Source of the DNA: an uncultured Lentisphaerota bacterium | Lineage (GTDB): Bacteria > Verrucomicrobiota > Lentisphaeria > Oligosphaerales > CAITYL01 | Direction: 5' to 3' | NCBI GenBank assembly: GCA_903921725.1 | Contig: CAIXRA010000062.1 | Span: 1 to 31,385 of the forward strand | Length of the DNA stretch: 31,385 bases | In this document: piece by piece, positions 18,350 through 28,256 of the stretch | Layout of the letters: the number at the start of each line of letters is the position of its first letter | Position numbering within the stretch: position 1 is the first letter of the stretch | Position numbers and translations under genes: made by a program | Notes under the pieces: model-generated | The model's input: the letters and a program-made list of their open reading frames with translations, nothing else | Told to the model about the DNA's origin: nothing | Database searches by the model: none

Positions 18350-20192
18350 GGGGTTCGGGCTCCGGGGAGGATGCGGGTGCGGACGGGGTGACGGTGGTGG
18401 CCGGCGCGGAGTTCGGCGGCGGTGCGGGGGCCGCGCCGGGGGCGGGCTCGCCATCCGGCTTGGCGGGGGCGATCATCATGTAGCGGAGCGTCTTCTCCGC
18501 GATGCGGCTGAAGGTGGGCGCGGCGACGGTGCCGCCGTAGTAGGCGATGCGCTTGTCCGGCTCGTCGGCGACGACCAGCAGCACGAAGGCGGGGTTTTCC
18601 GCCGGAACGAAGCCGATGAAGGATGCGGTGTAGGCGCTGTTGGAGTACTGGCCGCCGACGACTTTCTGCGCGGTGCCTGTCTTGCCGGCGACCTCGTAGC
18701 CCTTGACGGCGGCCTTCGGCGCGGTGCCGCCCTCGTGGGTCACCAGCTCGAGCGCCGAGGTGATGTCGGTGATGGCCCGGTAGTTGGTCACCACCGTGCG
18801 CTTGGGCTTGTTGCGCTGGTCGTTGACGGCGAAGGTGTGCGCCTCCGAGTCCTCGATGCGGTCGAGGACGTGGAGCTGGGGCATGACGCCGCCGTTGGCG
18901 ATGGCGCAGTACGCCTGCACCATCTGCAGCGGGGTGACGGCGATGCCCTGGCCGATGGCGAAGCGGGTGACCGAGAGGCCGTCCCATTTCTTTAGCGGCC
19001 GGAAGATGCCGGGCGACTCGGTGCCGAGGCTGAGCCCCGTGCGCTTGCCGAAACCGAAGCGGTCCAGCAGGTCGTACAACCGCTTGTTGCCGAGCTGAAG
19101 GGCAATCTTGGCGGTGCCGATGTTGCTGGAGACCTGGACGATGTTGCGGACTTTCAGCGTGCCGTAGCGGTGGCCGCTGTCGCGCAGCGATTTTCCCGCA
19201 TAGAACCACATGCCGTTGTGGCAGTCGATCGGCGTCTCCAGCGTGACCAGCCCCCAGTCGAGCGCGCCGGTGATGGTGACGCCCTTCATGATGGAGCCCG
19301 GCTCGAAGGCGTCCTCCAGAATGCGGTTGCGGAATTCATCCGGGCGCATCGTCTTGCGGTCGTTCGGGTTGTAGGTCGGGATCTGCGCCAGCGCCAGGAT
19401 CGCCCCGGTCTTCGGGTTTGCCATCACCGCGTAGGCGGACGTGGGGTGGAACTTGTCCACCATCGCCTTCAGTTCCTCCTCGACGGCCTGCTGGATCACC
19501 TCGTCGATGGTCAGGTACACGTTGTTGCCGTTGCGCGGGGTCATCCGGTTCTCGGTGAAGGGGATCTGGCTGCCCTTGCGGTCAATCAGGAAGCGGCTGC
19601 GTGAGGTCGTCGGCTGCAGCTCCTCGTCGAACGCCTTCTCGACGCCCGACTCGCCCTTGCCGCCGCCGCCGATGAAGCCGAGCGTGTTCGCCATCAGCGA
19701 ATCCTTCGGGTAATGGCGCCGGGTGCTCTCCTCGAAGCGCAGCGCGCGGACCGGCGGCCTCATCTTCGCCACCTCCTCCGCCATCTCCTCCGCCAGGCGC
19801 AGGTCCACGCCGCGGGCGATGACCACCTCGACTCGCGGGTTCTGCGGGCGGAACGCCTGGCTGATCTTCTCCGCCATCTCGGCGCGCGGGATGTTCAGCT
19901 TGCGGCAGAGGTAGCCGGTGACGAACGGGAGCTGGGCCCCGAGCTTTTTCGGCTCCGCGTAGATGTCGCGGCCGGCGATGTTGCCCGCCAAAAGGTTGCC
20001 GTGGATGTCGCAGATCTGGCCGCGGTTGCCCTTTTCCGTCGAACTGGAGGTGTACTGGGCCTTGGCCTTCGCGAAGAGGGTGTCGTGCCGCAGCACCTGG
20101 ATCTGGTACATCCGCGCCGCCAGAAGGCCGAATCCGAGCAGGATCAGCAGCGCCACCACCGAAAGCCGGATTTTGTAGATGTCCTGATTCAT
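18312..20192 (-). CDS. ftsI: Peptidoglycan D,D-transpeptidase (class B PBP, FtsI/PBP3-like)
   Basis: N-terminal TM anchor and dimerisation domain, then transpeptidase motifs SIMK (SxxK), SSN, KTGT. The 3' end overlaps murE by ~37 nt. Confidence 0.85.
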   Translation of the reverse strand: MNQDIYKIRLSVVALLILLGFGLLAARMYQIQVLRHDTLFAKAKAQYTSSSTEKGNRGQICDIHGNLLAGNIAGRDIYAEPKKLGAQLPFVTGYLCRKLNIPRAEMAEKISQAFRPQNPRVEVVIARGVDLRLAEEMAEEVAKMRPPVRALRFEESTRRHYPKDSLMANTLGFIGGGGKGESGVEKAFDEELQPTTSRSRFLIDRKGSQIPFTENRMTPRNGNNVYLTIDEVIQQAVEEELKAMVDKFHPTSAYAVMANPKTGAILALAQIPTYNPNDRKTMRPDEFRNRILEDAFEPGSIMKGVTITGALDWGLVTLETPIDCHNGMWFYAGKSLRDSGHRYGTLKVRNIVQVSSNIGTAKIALQLGNKRLYDLLDRFGFGKRTGLSLGTESPGIFRPLKKWDGLSVTRFAIGQGIAVTPLQMVQAYCAIANGGVMPQLHVLDRIEDSEAHTFAVNDQRNKPKRTVVTNYRAITDITSALELVTHEGGTAPKAAVKGYEVAGKTGTAQKVVGGQYSNSAYTASFIGFVPAENPAFVLLVVADEPDKRIAYYGGTVAAPTFSRIAEKTLRYMMIAPAKPDGEPAPGAAPAPPPNSAPATTVTPSAPASSPEPEPHADFTPDPASVP

Positions 20193-20480
20193 GAAACCCG
20201 AATTCCGCCCGGCGCCGGCGCAGGGAAGGCCGGATCAACCTCAAGGCCGTTTATTTTTGACGGGATGGCTGGATTTTTCCGATGCGCGGGATGGAAGACG
20301 GAAAGGCTGCGCAGCCGAAGCGGTTTGGTCCCGAATCCCGAACGCCCGCCCTCACAATCGAAACCCCTCATCCGAAAACCGGAAAGCTTGCCGGCCCCGC
20401 CCATCCGCCCAATCCCGCAATTCAGTCCGGCCTCGGGCGAACGGCGCCGGGAGCAGTCCCATGGATTCGCAACCCGTTTT

Positions 20481-20897
20481 TTACAGCGCCGCACTCTCGT
20501 TCACCTGGCCGTCCTCGGAAGAGTTGCCGCGGTTCCTGTCCGACATGCGCAACCGCTTGACCTGCCCCGGGAACGACGGGCGCCCCAACCCCAGCTTCAG
20601 CTCCTCCGCCTTGGAAAGGATGTAGCGCCCGCTCTTGAACGACTCCAGCTGCATGCAGGCGTTCTCAATCTGCTTCGAGACATCCTCCACATCCTGCTTC
20701 ATCTTGCGGACCTCCTTGTCCAGCCGCTCTTTCTTGCTGGTGAGGCCGACGTAGTACAGGCCGAGCAGCAGCGAGACAACGAGCAGAAACGACATCCGCC
20801 ACAGGATCGGGTGCGGCGACCCCTGCGCCTCCACGCGAATCCGTTGCCGGCGGTATTTCCGCTGGTTCTGCGTCATGTTGTTCCGTGTGGTTGCCAT
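20481..20897 (-). CDS. ftsL: Cell division protein FtsL-like (bitopic membrane protein with coiled coil)
   Basis: Single TM (ILWRMSFLLVVSLLLGLYYVGL) followed by a heptad-rich segment (KKERLDKEVRKMKQDVEDVSKQIENACMQLESFK). Positioned between rsmH and ftsI, as in the canonical dcw order. Confidence 0.55.
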   Translation of the reverse strand: MATTRNNMTQNQRKYRRQRIRVEAQGSPHPILWRMSFLLVVSLLLGLYYVGLTSKKERLDKEVRKMKQDVEDVSKQIENACMQLESFKSGRYILSKAEELKLGLGRPSFPGQVKRLRMSDRNRGNSSEDGQVNESAAL

Positions 20898-21136
20898 ACT
20901 TTTTTCGCGTTCCTTGGCGGCTTCCCGGCTCCGCCGTCACTTGGCGGTCGCCGCGTTGAATCTGTTTTGCAATGTCCAGTCCTGTCGCGGCCTGGTTTAA
21001 CTTGTCGAATAGATGCCGGATAAGATAGTCAACTGTCTACTTGCGTCTAGCTTGAACGGGTGTCAATTTTAGTACAAATCAAGACTTGGGCTGACTCTGT
21101 TTGCCCGCGTTTTTACCTTCAATCGTTCCTCTTGGC

Positions 21137-22075
21137 CTATACCCGTTCCGCCACCCGGAGATGCGCGCAGGCCGACCGGCGGTTCTCCGCCACCTCCGCC
21201 TCGTCCGCGTCCACCGGGTGCTTGGTCAGCACCTTCAGGCGCGGCGTCTTGTGGCAGACGCAGATCGGCAACCCCGGAGGGCAGACGCAGCTCAGCGCCT
21301 CGTCCCTGAAAAAATGTTTGACGCGGCGGTCCTCCAGCGAGTGGAAGCTGATCACCGCCAGCCTTCCGCCGGGCCGCAGCAGCAGCACCGCCTCCTCCAA
21401 CCCCTTCTCCAGTTCCTCCAATTCTCCGTTGACCGCGATCCGAAGCGCCTGGAAGCAGCGGGTCGCCGCCGGCAACCCGCGCTCGAACGGCTTTCCGACC
21501 GTCTTCTGCGCCAGCTCCGCCAGCTCCCCCGTCCGCTCCCACGGCCGCTCCGCGCGCCGCGCCACAATCGCCTGCGCCAGCCGGAACGCCTTCGGCTCTT
21601 CCCCGTACTCGCGGAAGATCCGCGTCAGCTCCTCCAGCGTCGAACGGTTCAGCAGCGTCGCCGCGGTCACGGGCGTCCGCCGGTCCATCCGCATGTCCAG
21701 AGGCCCGTCGAACCGGTGGGCGAACCCGCGGTCCGGCGTGTTGATCTGGTGTGAGGAGACGCCGATGTCCAGCAGGATGCCGTCCACCGAACCGTCCTCC
21801 CACTCCAGCTCCTCCGCGATCTCCGACATCCGGCTGTACGCGCTGCGCACCAGCCGCACCCGCGGCCCGAACGCCGACAGCTTCGCCTTCGCCGCCGCCA
21901 GCGCCTCATCGTCCCGGTCAATCCCGAGCAGCTCCGCGTCCGCCGGCGCCTTCTCCAGGATTGCCGCCGAATGCCCGCCGCCTCCGACCGTGCCGTCGAT
22001 GAAACGCCGTCCCGCCGCCGGGTTCAGCCATTCGACGACCTGGCGAAGCAGAACGGGTTCATGCGCGAAATTCAT
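21137..22075 (-). CDS. rsmH: 16S rRNA (cytosine1402-N4)-methyltransferase
   Basis: MNFAHEPVLL...DGTVGGGGHS...LLDIGVSSHQI...GRLAVISFHSLEDR is typical RsmH/MraW. Confidence 0.88.
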   Translation of the reverse strand: MNFAHEPVLLRQVVEWLNPAAGRRFIDGTVGGGGHSAAILEKAPADAELLGIDRDDEALAAAKAKLSAFGPRVRLVRSAYSRMSEIAEELEWEDGSVDGILLDIGVSSHQINTPDRGFAHRFDGPLDMRMDRRTPVTAATLLNRSTLEELTRIFREYGEEPKAFRLAQAIVARRAERPWERTGELAELAQKTVGKPFERGLPAATRCFQALRIAVNGELEELEKGLEEAVLLLRPGGRLAVISFHSLEDRRVKHFFRDEALSCVCPPGLPICVCHKTPRLKVLTKHPVDADEAEVAENRRSACAHLRVAERV

Positions 22076-22815
22076 GGTTTTTCCGTGTCGACCGCATACT
22101 CCAGCGTGACCACCACCTTCGCCGTCTTCGCAATGCTCGACGTGTCGTACACGCCGCCGCCCGAGGTGTCCGTCGAATGCCGCTCCGTGATCTGAATCAC
22201 GCCCTGTTCCGCCGAGAGCAGGGCGCCGACCTTGCCGCCGCTGTTCCCCGCCAGCGCCAGGGCGCGGCTGTAGCCGTCCTTCGTGGCCTTCTCCAACAGC
22301 TCCATCTTGGTGGACTTCAGGTCGGAGACGTAGAAACGCGGCTCGCCCGCGCTGATGTCCACCCCCTCCTTGATCAGGTCCATGACGCCGGACGCCGCGC
22401 TCCGTATGCGCTCCACGTCCCCCGAGGCGACCGCCACGGACTGACTGGCGTAGTAATGGTGGATCTCGTTGGTCTCGTTCCCCTTCTCGTCGCGCTTCAT
22501 CGTCCGGCCCGTGTTGATGCTGTCAGGCTGGATTTCCTTCTCGCCGAACCCCTGCGCGCGGAGATGCGCCAGCACCGCCGCCTGGCTCTTCAGCAGCGCG
22601 CCATACGCCTCCCGCTGCGTCGCACCCTCCGTGCTGAAACGGCAGGAGAACTTGCCGATGTCCGACGCGACATCCTTCTCCGCGTAGCCCTTCACCGCGA
22701 TGGCGTTGACCTTTTCATGCCGGACCTTGAGGAAAAATTTGGAAACCAACCCCGCTGAGGCAATCATGCCTCCCGCCAAGATCGCCGCCACCAATGCCGT
22801 CTGTACGAATTTCAT
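22072..22815 (-). CDS. SIMPL-domain (DUF541 / YggE-like) secreted protein, inserted between mraZ and rsmH
   Basis: Signal peptide MKFVQTALVAAILAGGMIASAG. The body resembles SIMPL/DUF541 proteins (…GYAEKDVASD…ATQREAYGALLKSQAAV…GEPRFYVSDLKSTKMELLEKATKDGYSRALALAG…). Start set at 22815, where a GGGGAAAG RBS lies 6 nt upstream. Overlaps the rsmH start by 4 nt. Confidence 0.6.
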   Translation of the reverse strand: MKFVQTALVAAILAGGMIASAGLVSKFFLKVRHEKVNAIAVKGYAEKDVASDIGKFSCRFSTEGATQREAYGALLKSQAAVLAHLRAQGFGEKEIQPDSINTGRTMKRDEKGNETNEIHHYYASQSVAVASGDVERIRSAASGVMDLIKEGVDISAGEPRFYVSDLKSTKMELLEKATKDGYSRALALAGNSGGKVGALLSAEQGVIQITERHSTDTSGGGVYDTSSIAKTAKVVVTLEYAVDTEKP

Positions 22816-22842
22816 AGCCCGCTTTCCCCGTTCCATATTGTT

Positions 22843-22875
22843 CAACCGTCACACCGCCACACCGTCACACCACGC
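22843..22875. repeat. Second array (4 units) of the CACCGTCA-type octamer repeat, in the promoter/5' region of the SIMPL gene
   Basis: caaCCGTCA CACCGCCA CACCGTCA CACCACGC, same unit family as 55-178. Confidence 0.8.
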
Positions 22876-22881
22876 GTCCCC

Positions 22882-23391
22882 TCACGCCTTCCCCTTCGCC
22901 AGTGCGCCGAGCACTGCGCCGAGCGCGTCCGGCTTCTCCTGCAGTGCCTGGATCACATCCAACCCCTTCTGGCTGTCCATGCGCCGCTTTGTCCAGCGCG
23001 CCGGATCCCAGATCTGGATGGTCGTCACCGCGCCCAGCAGCACCGCGGCACCGCGGATGCCGGCATGTTCCATCAGCTTCGGCGTCAGGGAGATGCGCCC
23101 CTGCTTGTCGGGCTCGCACATCACTGCCATCGAACCGATCGTCGCCAGCGCCACCGCCGCCTGCGCGTCGGCGAACGAAACCTGGCGCAGCTTGGCCAGC
23201 AGCTCCTGGAACATGGCCGCCGGCACCAGCTGCAGCGACTTCTCGCGTCCGGGGAGCAGCACGAACCTCGCGTCACCCCCGCGCCAGGCGCCGGGAATGG
23301 CCAGGCGCCGCTGCGCGTCCACGGCGTGTTCGAACTCGCCGAGGTAGCACCCGGGACCGGCCGGAATGGGATTGTCCTGCGCCTGTTTCAC
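22882..23391 (-). CDS. mraZ: Transcriptional regulator MraZ
   Basis: Two MraZ/SpoVT-AbrB-like halves (YLGEFEHAVDAQRRLAIP... and EPDKQGRISLTPKLMEHAGI...IQIWDPARW). GTG start at 23391 with an AGGGGG RBS 7 nt upstream. The ORF-track frame is extended well upstream. Confidence 0.8.
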   Translation of the reverse strand: MKQAQDNPIPAGPGCYLGEFEHAVDAQRRLAIPGAWRGGDARFVLLPGREKSLQLVPAAMFQELLAKLRQVSFADAQAAVALATIGSMAVMCEPDKQGRISLTPKLMEHAGIRGAAVLLGAVTTIQIWDPARWTKRRMDSQKGLDVIQALQEKPDALGAVLGALAKGKA

Positions 23392-23480
23392 CTTTTTTCC
23401 CCTAATCACACCTATTGTCCCCAAAATAAGGCAAAGACAATCTCTTTGCAACCTTGCGCGCAAGAAAAAAGTAGCCGTTT
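23392..23480 (-). promoter_or_regulatory. Likely dcw-cluster promoter region with TGGGG/TAGGT/TAGGG direct repeats (candidate MraZ operator)
   Basis: Minus-strand sequence upstream of mraZ: ...TTTTGGGGacaaTAGGTgtgatTAGGGgg..., plus a CAAAGA-n5-TCTTTG inverted repeat. E. coli MraZ binds spaced TGGGN repeats (established); assignment here is inference. Confidence 0.3.
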
Positions 23481-23826
23481 GGTGATCCGGGGGTAAGGCT
23501 GGCTGGGCATCGCTCCACCGGGGCAGTGGATGGTGGTGTGGAAAACGCGCCAGGCCCAAACCTTCCCATTGCCCTTTCAGTGCGCAATGATCCTGCCTGC
23601 AGTTCCCCCAGTTCGCCGCTTCGCTTTGCTCTGGGCTGTCACACACTGCCCCTATGGGGCGACGAACAGGCCGCATCCGCCCAAAAACCAATCGATTACA
23701 CGACGGTTTTGGCCTCCCGCTTGCCGTCCCGCCTGCGGGGTGCGACATTATGGGGAACTTGACGGTTTGCGTCGGCCTCGCCGGAAGATGGCGGACGGGC
23801 GGACCGGCATCCACCCGGAGGCGGCG

Positions 23827-24102
23827 ATGGCGATGTGCGGCATGATTGGCGGTGAAGGCGGGAACCCTGGTCCGGCGGCGCGGGCGTTTCCGGCCCGCGG
23901 CGGACGGGCTGTGGCGAGCCTGGCGTTGGGCATCCTTGCGATAGCCTGCCTGCTTTGCGCAAGCTGCGTGAGCCGCACCACCTCGCGGCGGCCGAGCTTT
24001 GCCGAGTCAGCTCGTCCGGGCTCTTTCGAGGCGGACGATAGCGGCTACATCAACAGCAGCAAAACCATCTGGATCTGGCAGCCTGAATTTTGGGACAAAT
24101 GA
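23827..24102 (+). CDS. Candidate small secreted/lipoprotein-like ORF (~91 aa)
   Basis: GGAGG RBS 5 nt before the ATG at 23827. Hydrophobic signal-like segment RAVASLALGILAIACLLCASC, high GC3. No homology recognisable. Alternative start at 23788. Confidence 0.3.
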   Translation: MAMCGMIGGEGGNPGPAARAFPARGGRAVASLALGILAIACLLCASCVSRTTSRRPSFAESARPGSFEADDSGYINSSKTIWIWQPEFWDK

Positions 24103-24225
24103 CCCGCCGACGTCATGCGTGCCGGGAGGGCGGGCGTCCCGCCAGGCAGATGCCTTCCGCCGCAGATGCAGGGACGCGGAGCGGCCGGCAGGCACGAAAA
24201 AACCGAAGCCCCAAAGCGGGAAATG

Positions 24226-24510
24226 TTACTTGGGCGTGACGACGAAGCGGATGATCCGGTCGTCGGTGTCCGGATGGTCGACCACCACCGGTTTCCGGGT
24301 GCTCTCGGCCTCTTCCTGGGCGGCGTTCAGCTTCACCACCAGCGTTTTGAGCCGGGCGGCGTTGAGCGGCACCTTGATCCGCTCCACCATGTCCATGTCC
24401 TCGACCGGTCTCACCACCTGCCGGAGGCTCAGCGCCCGCCGCAAGTAAATGGCCGAAATCACGACCAGGACCGCCAATATCGCAATCAGGATGGGTACAA
24501 GCTCGCCCAT
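24226..24510 (-). CDS. Small membrane protein (94 aa) immediately downstream of the flotillin-like gene; possible NfeD-like partner
   Basis: N-terminal TM (LVPILIAILAVLVVISAIYL) plus a short C-terminal soluble tail. Lies 67 nt after the flotillin-like stop on the same strand. Family assignment is weak. Confidence 0.4.
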   Translation of the reverse strand: MGELVPILIAILAVLVVISAIYLRRALSLRQVVRPVEDMDMVERIKVPLNAARLKTLVVKLNAAQEEAESTRKPVVVDHPDTDDRIIRFVVTPK

Positions 24511-24577
24511 GGGGCACCCGCCTTTCTGAATGGGCGGGACCGGGGATGCGCCCCGGCCGCGCCCTGTTTTCCGACCG

Positions 24578-26176
24578 TCACGGCTGCTTCTTTGCGCCTT
24601 CCTTCAACTGGTTGGCGAACACGCCGGTCATCACTTCCGTGAGGGAGCTGCTTCCGCCGCCGCCGATGATGAGCTGGCCCGGGAGTTCGCCCTTCCAGTT
24701 CTTGCCCAGGTTCTCGAAGGCCATCTTGGCGATTTCCAGCCGGGTGAAGTTCTCCACGCCGCCCAGCGCCTTGACCTTCGCCTCATAGACGAGCGACTGG
24801 GCCGCCTCGCCCTGCGCCCGGTTCTTGGCGGCCTCGGCGCGGTTCTGCTCGACTGCGATCTGCGCGAGCGATTCCTGGATCGCCTTCTGCTGGTCGGCGG
24901 CTTCGGCGGCCTTCACGCGGTTGGCGCGTTCGTTTTCCGCCAGCACCTGCTCCTTGTACTGGGTCTGCTCCTGCACCGCGATTTCCTTGTCGGTCTGCGT
25001 GGTCAGCAGCTTCTTGCCTTCCGCGGTGGCGTCCAGCCGGATGTCGGCGAGATAGACCTGCTCGGTCTTGACCTTGTCCCGCGCCATGTCTTTCTGGAAC
25101 AGCTCGAACGTTTCTTTTTCGACGGAGCTGCGGTTGTTGACGTACTGGATGGCCTTCATCTTCTCCGCGGAGTTCCGCAGAATCGCGCGGATGGACGGCA
25201 GGATGGCCCGCTCCTCGAGCCCGTCGAACCCGTCGTTGTTCACATCCCTGTCGGGATCCCCGATGACGGCCACCACGTAGGGCGCATCGTGCGCGTCCAC
25301 CATGACGGCCACGCGGACGTCCACGGGGAACTGGAAACTGTCCTGCGACCGGACGTGGATGCTGTTGTCCACATCGCGCTCGGCCTTCGACGCATTTCCC
25401 TCCGTGGTTCCCTTGGAGGTGTAGGAGTACACGCGTTTCGTCGTCTTCACCAGGACGACCTGGTAAGCGTTCGGGTGCAGATAATATTTACCCGGCAGCA
25501 GCGGCTCGTTCCAGATGCCCCGGTTGCCCTTCGGAACCAGCGGCACGCCGTTGACGGAGGCCGCCTCCGTCCCTTTGTAGGTTATCCCGGCGTTGGCCCG
25601 GACGACACCCACCTGTCCGATGGGAATATCGAGGCACGGCACGACGGTGACCTCGAATAGCTTGGGGTTGTAGCGGTACTGTCCCGGAGGCAGGACCGTC
25701 AGTTGCGGTCCCTTGTACCCCGCCTTGGTCAGGAACGAGCGGGCATCCAGCATCTCGTTCGGCGAATCCCACGACGGCGCATAAATCTCTCCATCGGGCA
25801 GCGGTTTCCCGTCCCTGGCTGTGACGATGCCGATGCTGCCTTCCTTGACGTCGACGTTGGGCACGGCTTCAAGGTCATAGTTCCACGGCCAGTACCCGAA
25901 ATGGTATCCCGGCGGCAGCACGTCGGCCTGGGGCCCCTTCTCGCCGTTGATGGCGACCAGATGGCCGTCCTTCAGCCCGGAACCGAACTTGACCGTGACG
26001 ATCCCGCCTTGCCCAGGACCAACAAAGATCGTCGTCGAGCCTATGATGGTTGTAATGCCCACGAACATGCAGGCGGCCAGAATCAGCCCCCGCACGAACT
26101 TGGGAACCGGCATGGCGACAATCCAAACCACCCACCCCGCCAAAATCAACAGGATTCCCAGTGTGAACCACGTCAT
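24578..26176 (-). CDS. SPFH/band-7 (flotillin-like) membrane protein with a Glu/Ala/Gln-rich coiled-coil C-terminal region
   Basis: Two N-terminal hydrophobic segments. SPFH-like start GQGGIVTVKFGSG...VLPPGYHF... Threefold repeated motif LPPGxY..NP...EV..VP. C-terminal flotillin-like EA-rich repeats (AENERANRVKAAEAADQQKAIQESLAQIAVEQNRAEAAKNRAQGEAAQ) ending GGGGSSSL. Start at 26176 has an AAGGAAA RBS. Confidence 0.5.
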   Translation of the reverse strand: MTWFTLGILLILAGWVVWIVAMPVPKFVRGLILAACMFVGITTIIGSTTIFVGPGQGGIVTVKFGSGLKDGHLVAINGEKGPQADVLPPGYHFGYWPWNYDLEAVPNVDVKEGSIGIVTARDGKPLPDGEIYAPSWDSPNEMLDARSFLTKAGYKGPQLTVLPPGQYRYNPKLFEVTVVPCLDIPIGQVGVVRANAGITYKGTEAASVNGVPLVPKGNRGIWNEPLLPGKYYLHPNAYQVVLVKTTKRVYSYTSKGTTEGNASKAERDVDNSIHVRSQDSFQFPVDVRVAVMVDAHDAPYVVAVIGDPDRDVNNDGFDGLEERAILPSIRAILRNSAEKMKAIQYVNNRSSVEKETFELFQKDMARDKVKTEQVYLADIRLDATAEGKKLLTTQTDKEIAVQEQTQYKEQVLAENERANRVKAAEAADQQKAIQESLAQIAVEQNRAEAAKNRAQGEAAQSLVYEAKVKALGGVENFTRLEIAKMAFENLGKNWKGELPGQLIIGGGGSSSLTEVMTGVFANQLKEGAKKQP

Positions 26177-26311
26177 GTTGTCGTTTCCTTTTTTATCCGT
26201 GCCAAGCCATTCGTAGTTGTTGCCGGATAACAATCCCGGCCCGGATCCGCGCGGCGGCGGGGATTACTGTACGCCGTGTATCAGCTGTTTCAAAGCGGCC
26301 CGGCCCCGGCG

Positions 26312-27712
<1,401 letters not shown>

Positions 27713-27873
27713 GGAAAACTCCGCGAAAAAACTCGTCCACCCGCACGCCGCATGGTGCGGAACCCGCACGCCCCCCGGCCGCATACTGTAACCGCTATTC
27801 GCCGTTCCGCACCCGGATGACGCCGCCGCTGAGTATGCCAGATGCAATCGGGGAGATTCACCCGCATATTTCA

Positions 27874-28030
27874 TGAACGTTCAACCCTCAACCCTCGCCA
27901 TTCAACGTTCAGCGCCTTACTCAAGCCACCCCAACGCTCAACGCTTTTCGCAAGCCGCCCCAACAGTCAACGATTTTACGCAAGCCGCCCCAACGGGGCA
28001 TCACACCATAGCCTGGGGCAACGCCCCAGG
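27874..28030 (-). repeat. Composite intergenic repeat, copy B (inverted relative to copy A), with an expanded run of three ~28-bp TTGGGGCGGCTTG..GCGTTGAGCG sub-repeats
   Basis: The reverse complement of 27985-28030 equals the copy-A core CCTGGGGCGTTGCCCCAGGCTATGGTGTGATGCCCCGTTGGGGCGGC. It is followed by modular TTGAGCG/GAACGTTC units. Confidence 0.85.
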
Positions 28031-28137
28031 AAAAAGAAGCCATAACGATTTCAACCCTGAAGGGGTTGCACAACGAATTGCGAACGGGCGGTAAGCATGA
28101 AAGAACCCCCGGCAACGATTTTGGTTTCCTCTTGTTT

Positions 28138-28226
28138 CCTGGGGCGTTTCCCCAAGCGACGGCGTGATGCCCCGTTGGGGCGGCAACACCCGGAAACCAA
28201 AACCAATCCACTTGAGCGTTGATTGG
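28138..28226 (+). repeat. Composite intergenic repeat, copy C (direct orientation, degenerate first hairpin); forms a large inverted pair with copy B
   Basis: CCTGGGGCGTTTCCCCAAGCGACGGCGTGATGCCCCGTTGGGGCGGC ... CTTGAGCGTTGATTGG. Confidence 0.8.
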
Positions 28227-28256
28227 CATCCGCACGGCAGGCGTGATTCGCGGAGT

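Noticed and set aside
20189-20494. 101-aa ORF in the ftsL-ftsI gap (possible degraded gene)
   Set aside because: No motifs, and it is Arg/Gly-rich. The gap more likely holds regulatory sequence. Kept only as a note that the spacing is unusual.
24115-24642. 175-aa plus-strand ORF overlapping the small membrane protein gene region
   Set aside because: It overlaps a better-supported minus-strand gene. Composition is Arg/Gly/Pro-rich with no features.
27921-28235. 104-aa minus-strand ORF and the 14810 plus-strand ORF sharing the peptide SWGVAPGYGVMPRWGGL
   Set aside because: The shared peptide arises from translating the conserved intergenic hairpin repeat. There is no RBS or consistent start, and the copies differ in which frame stays open.
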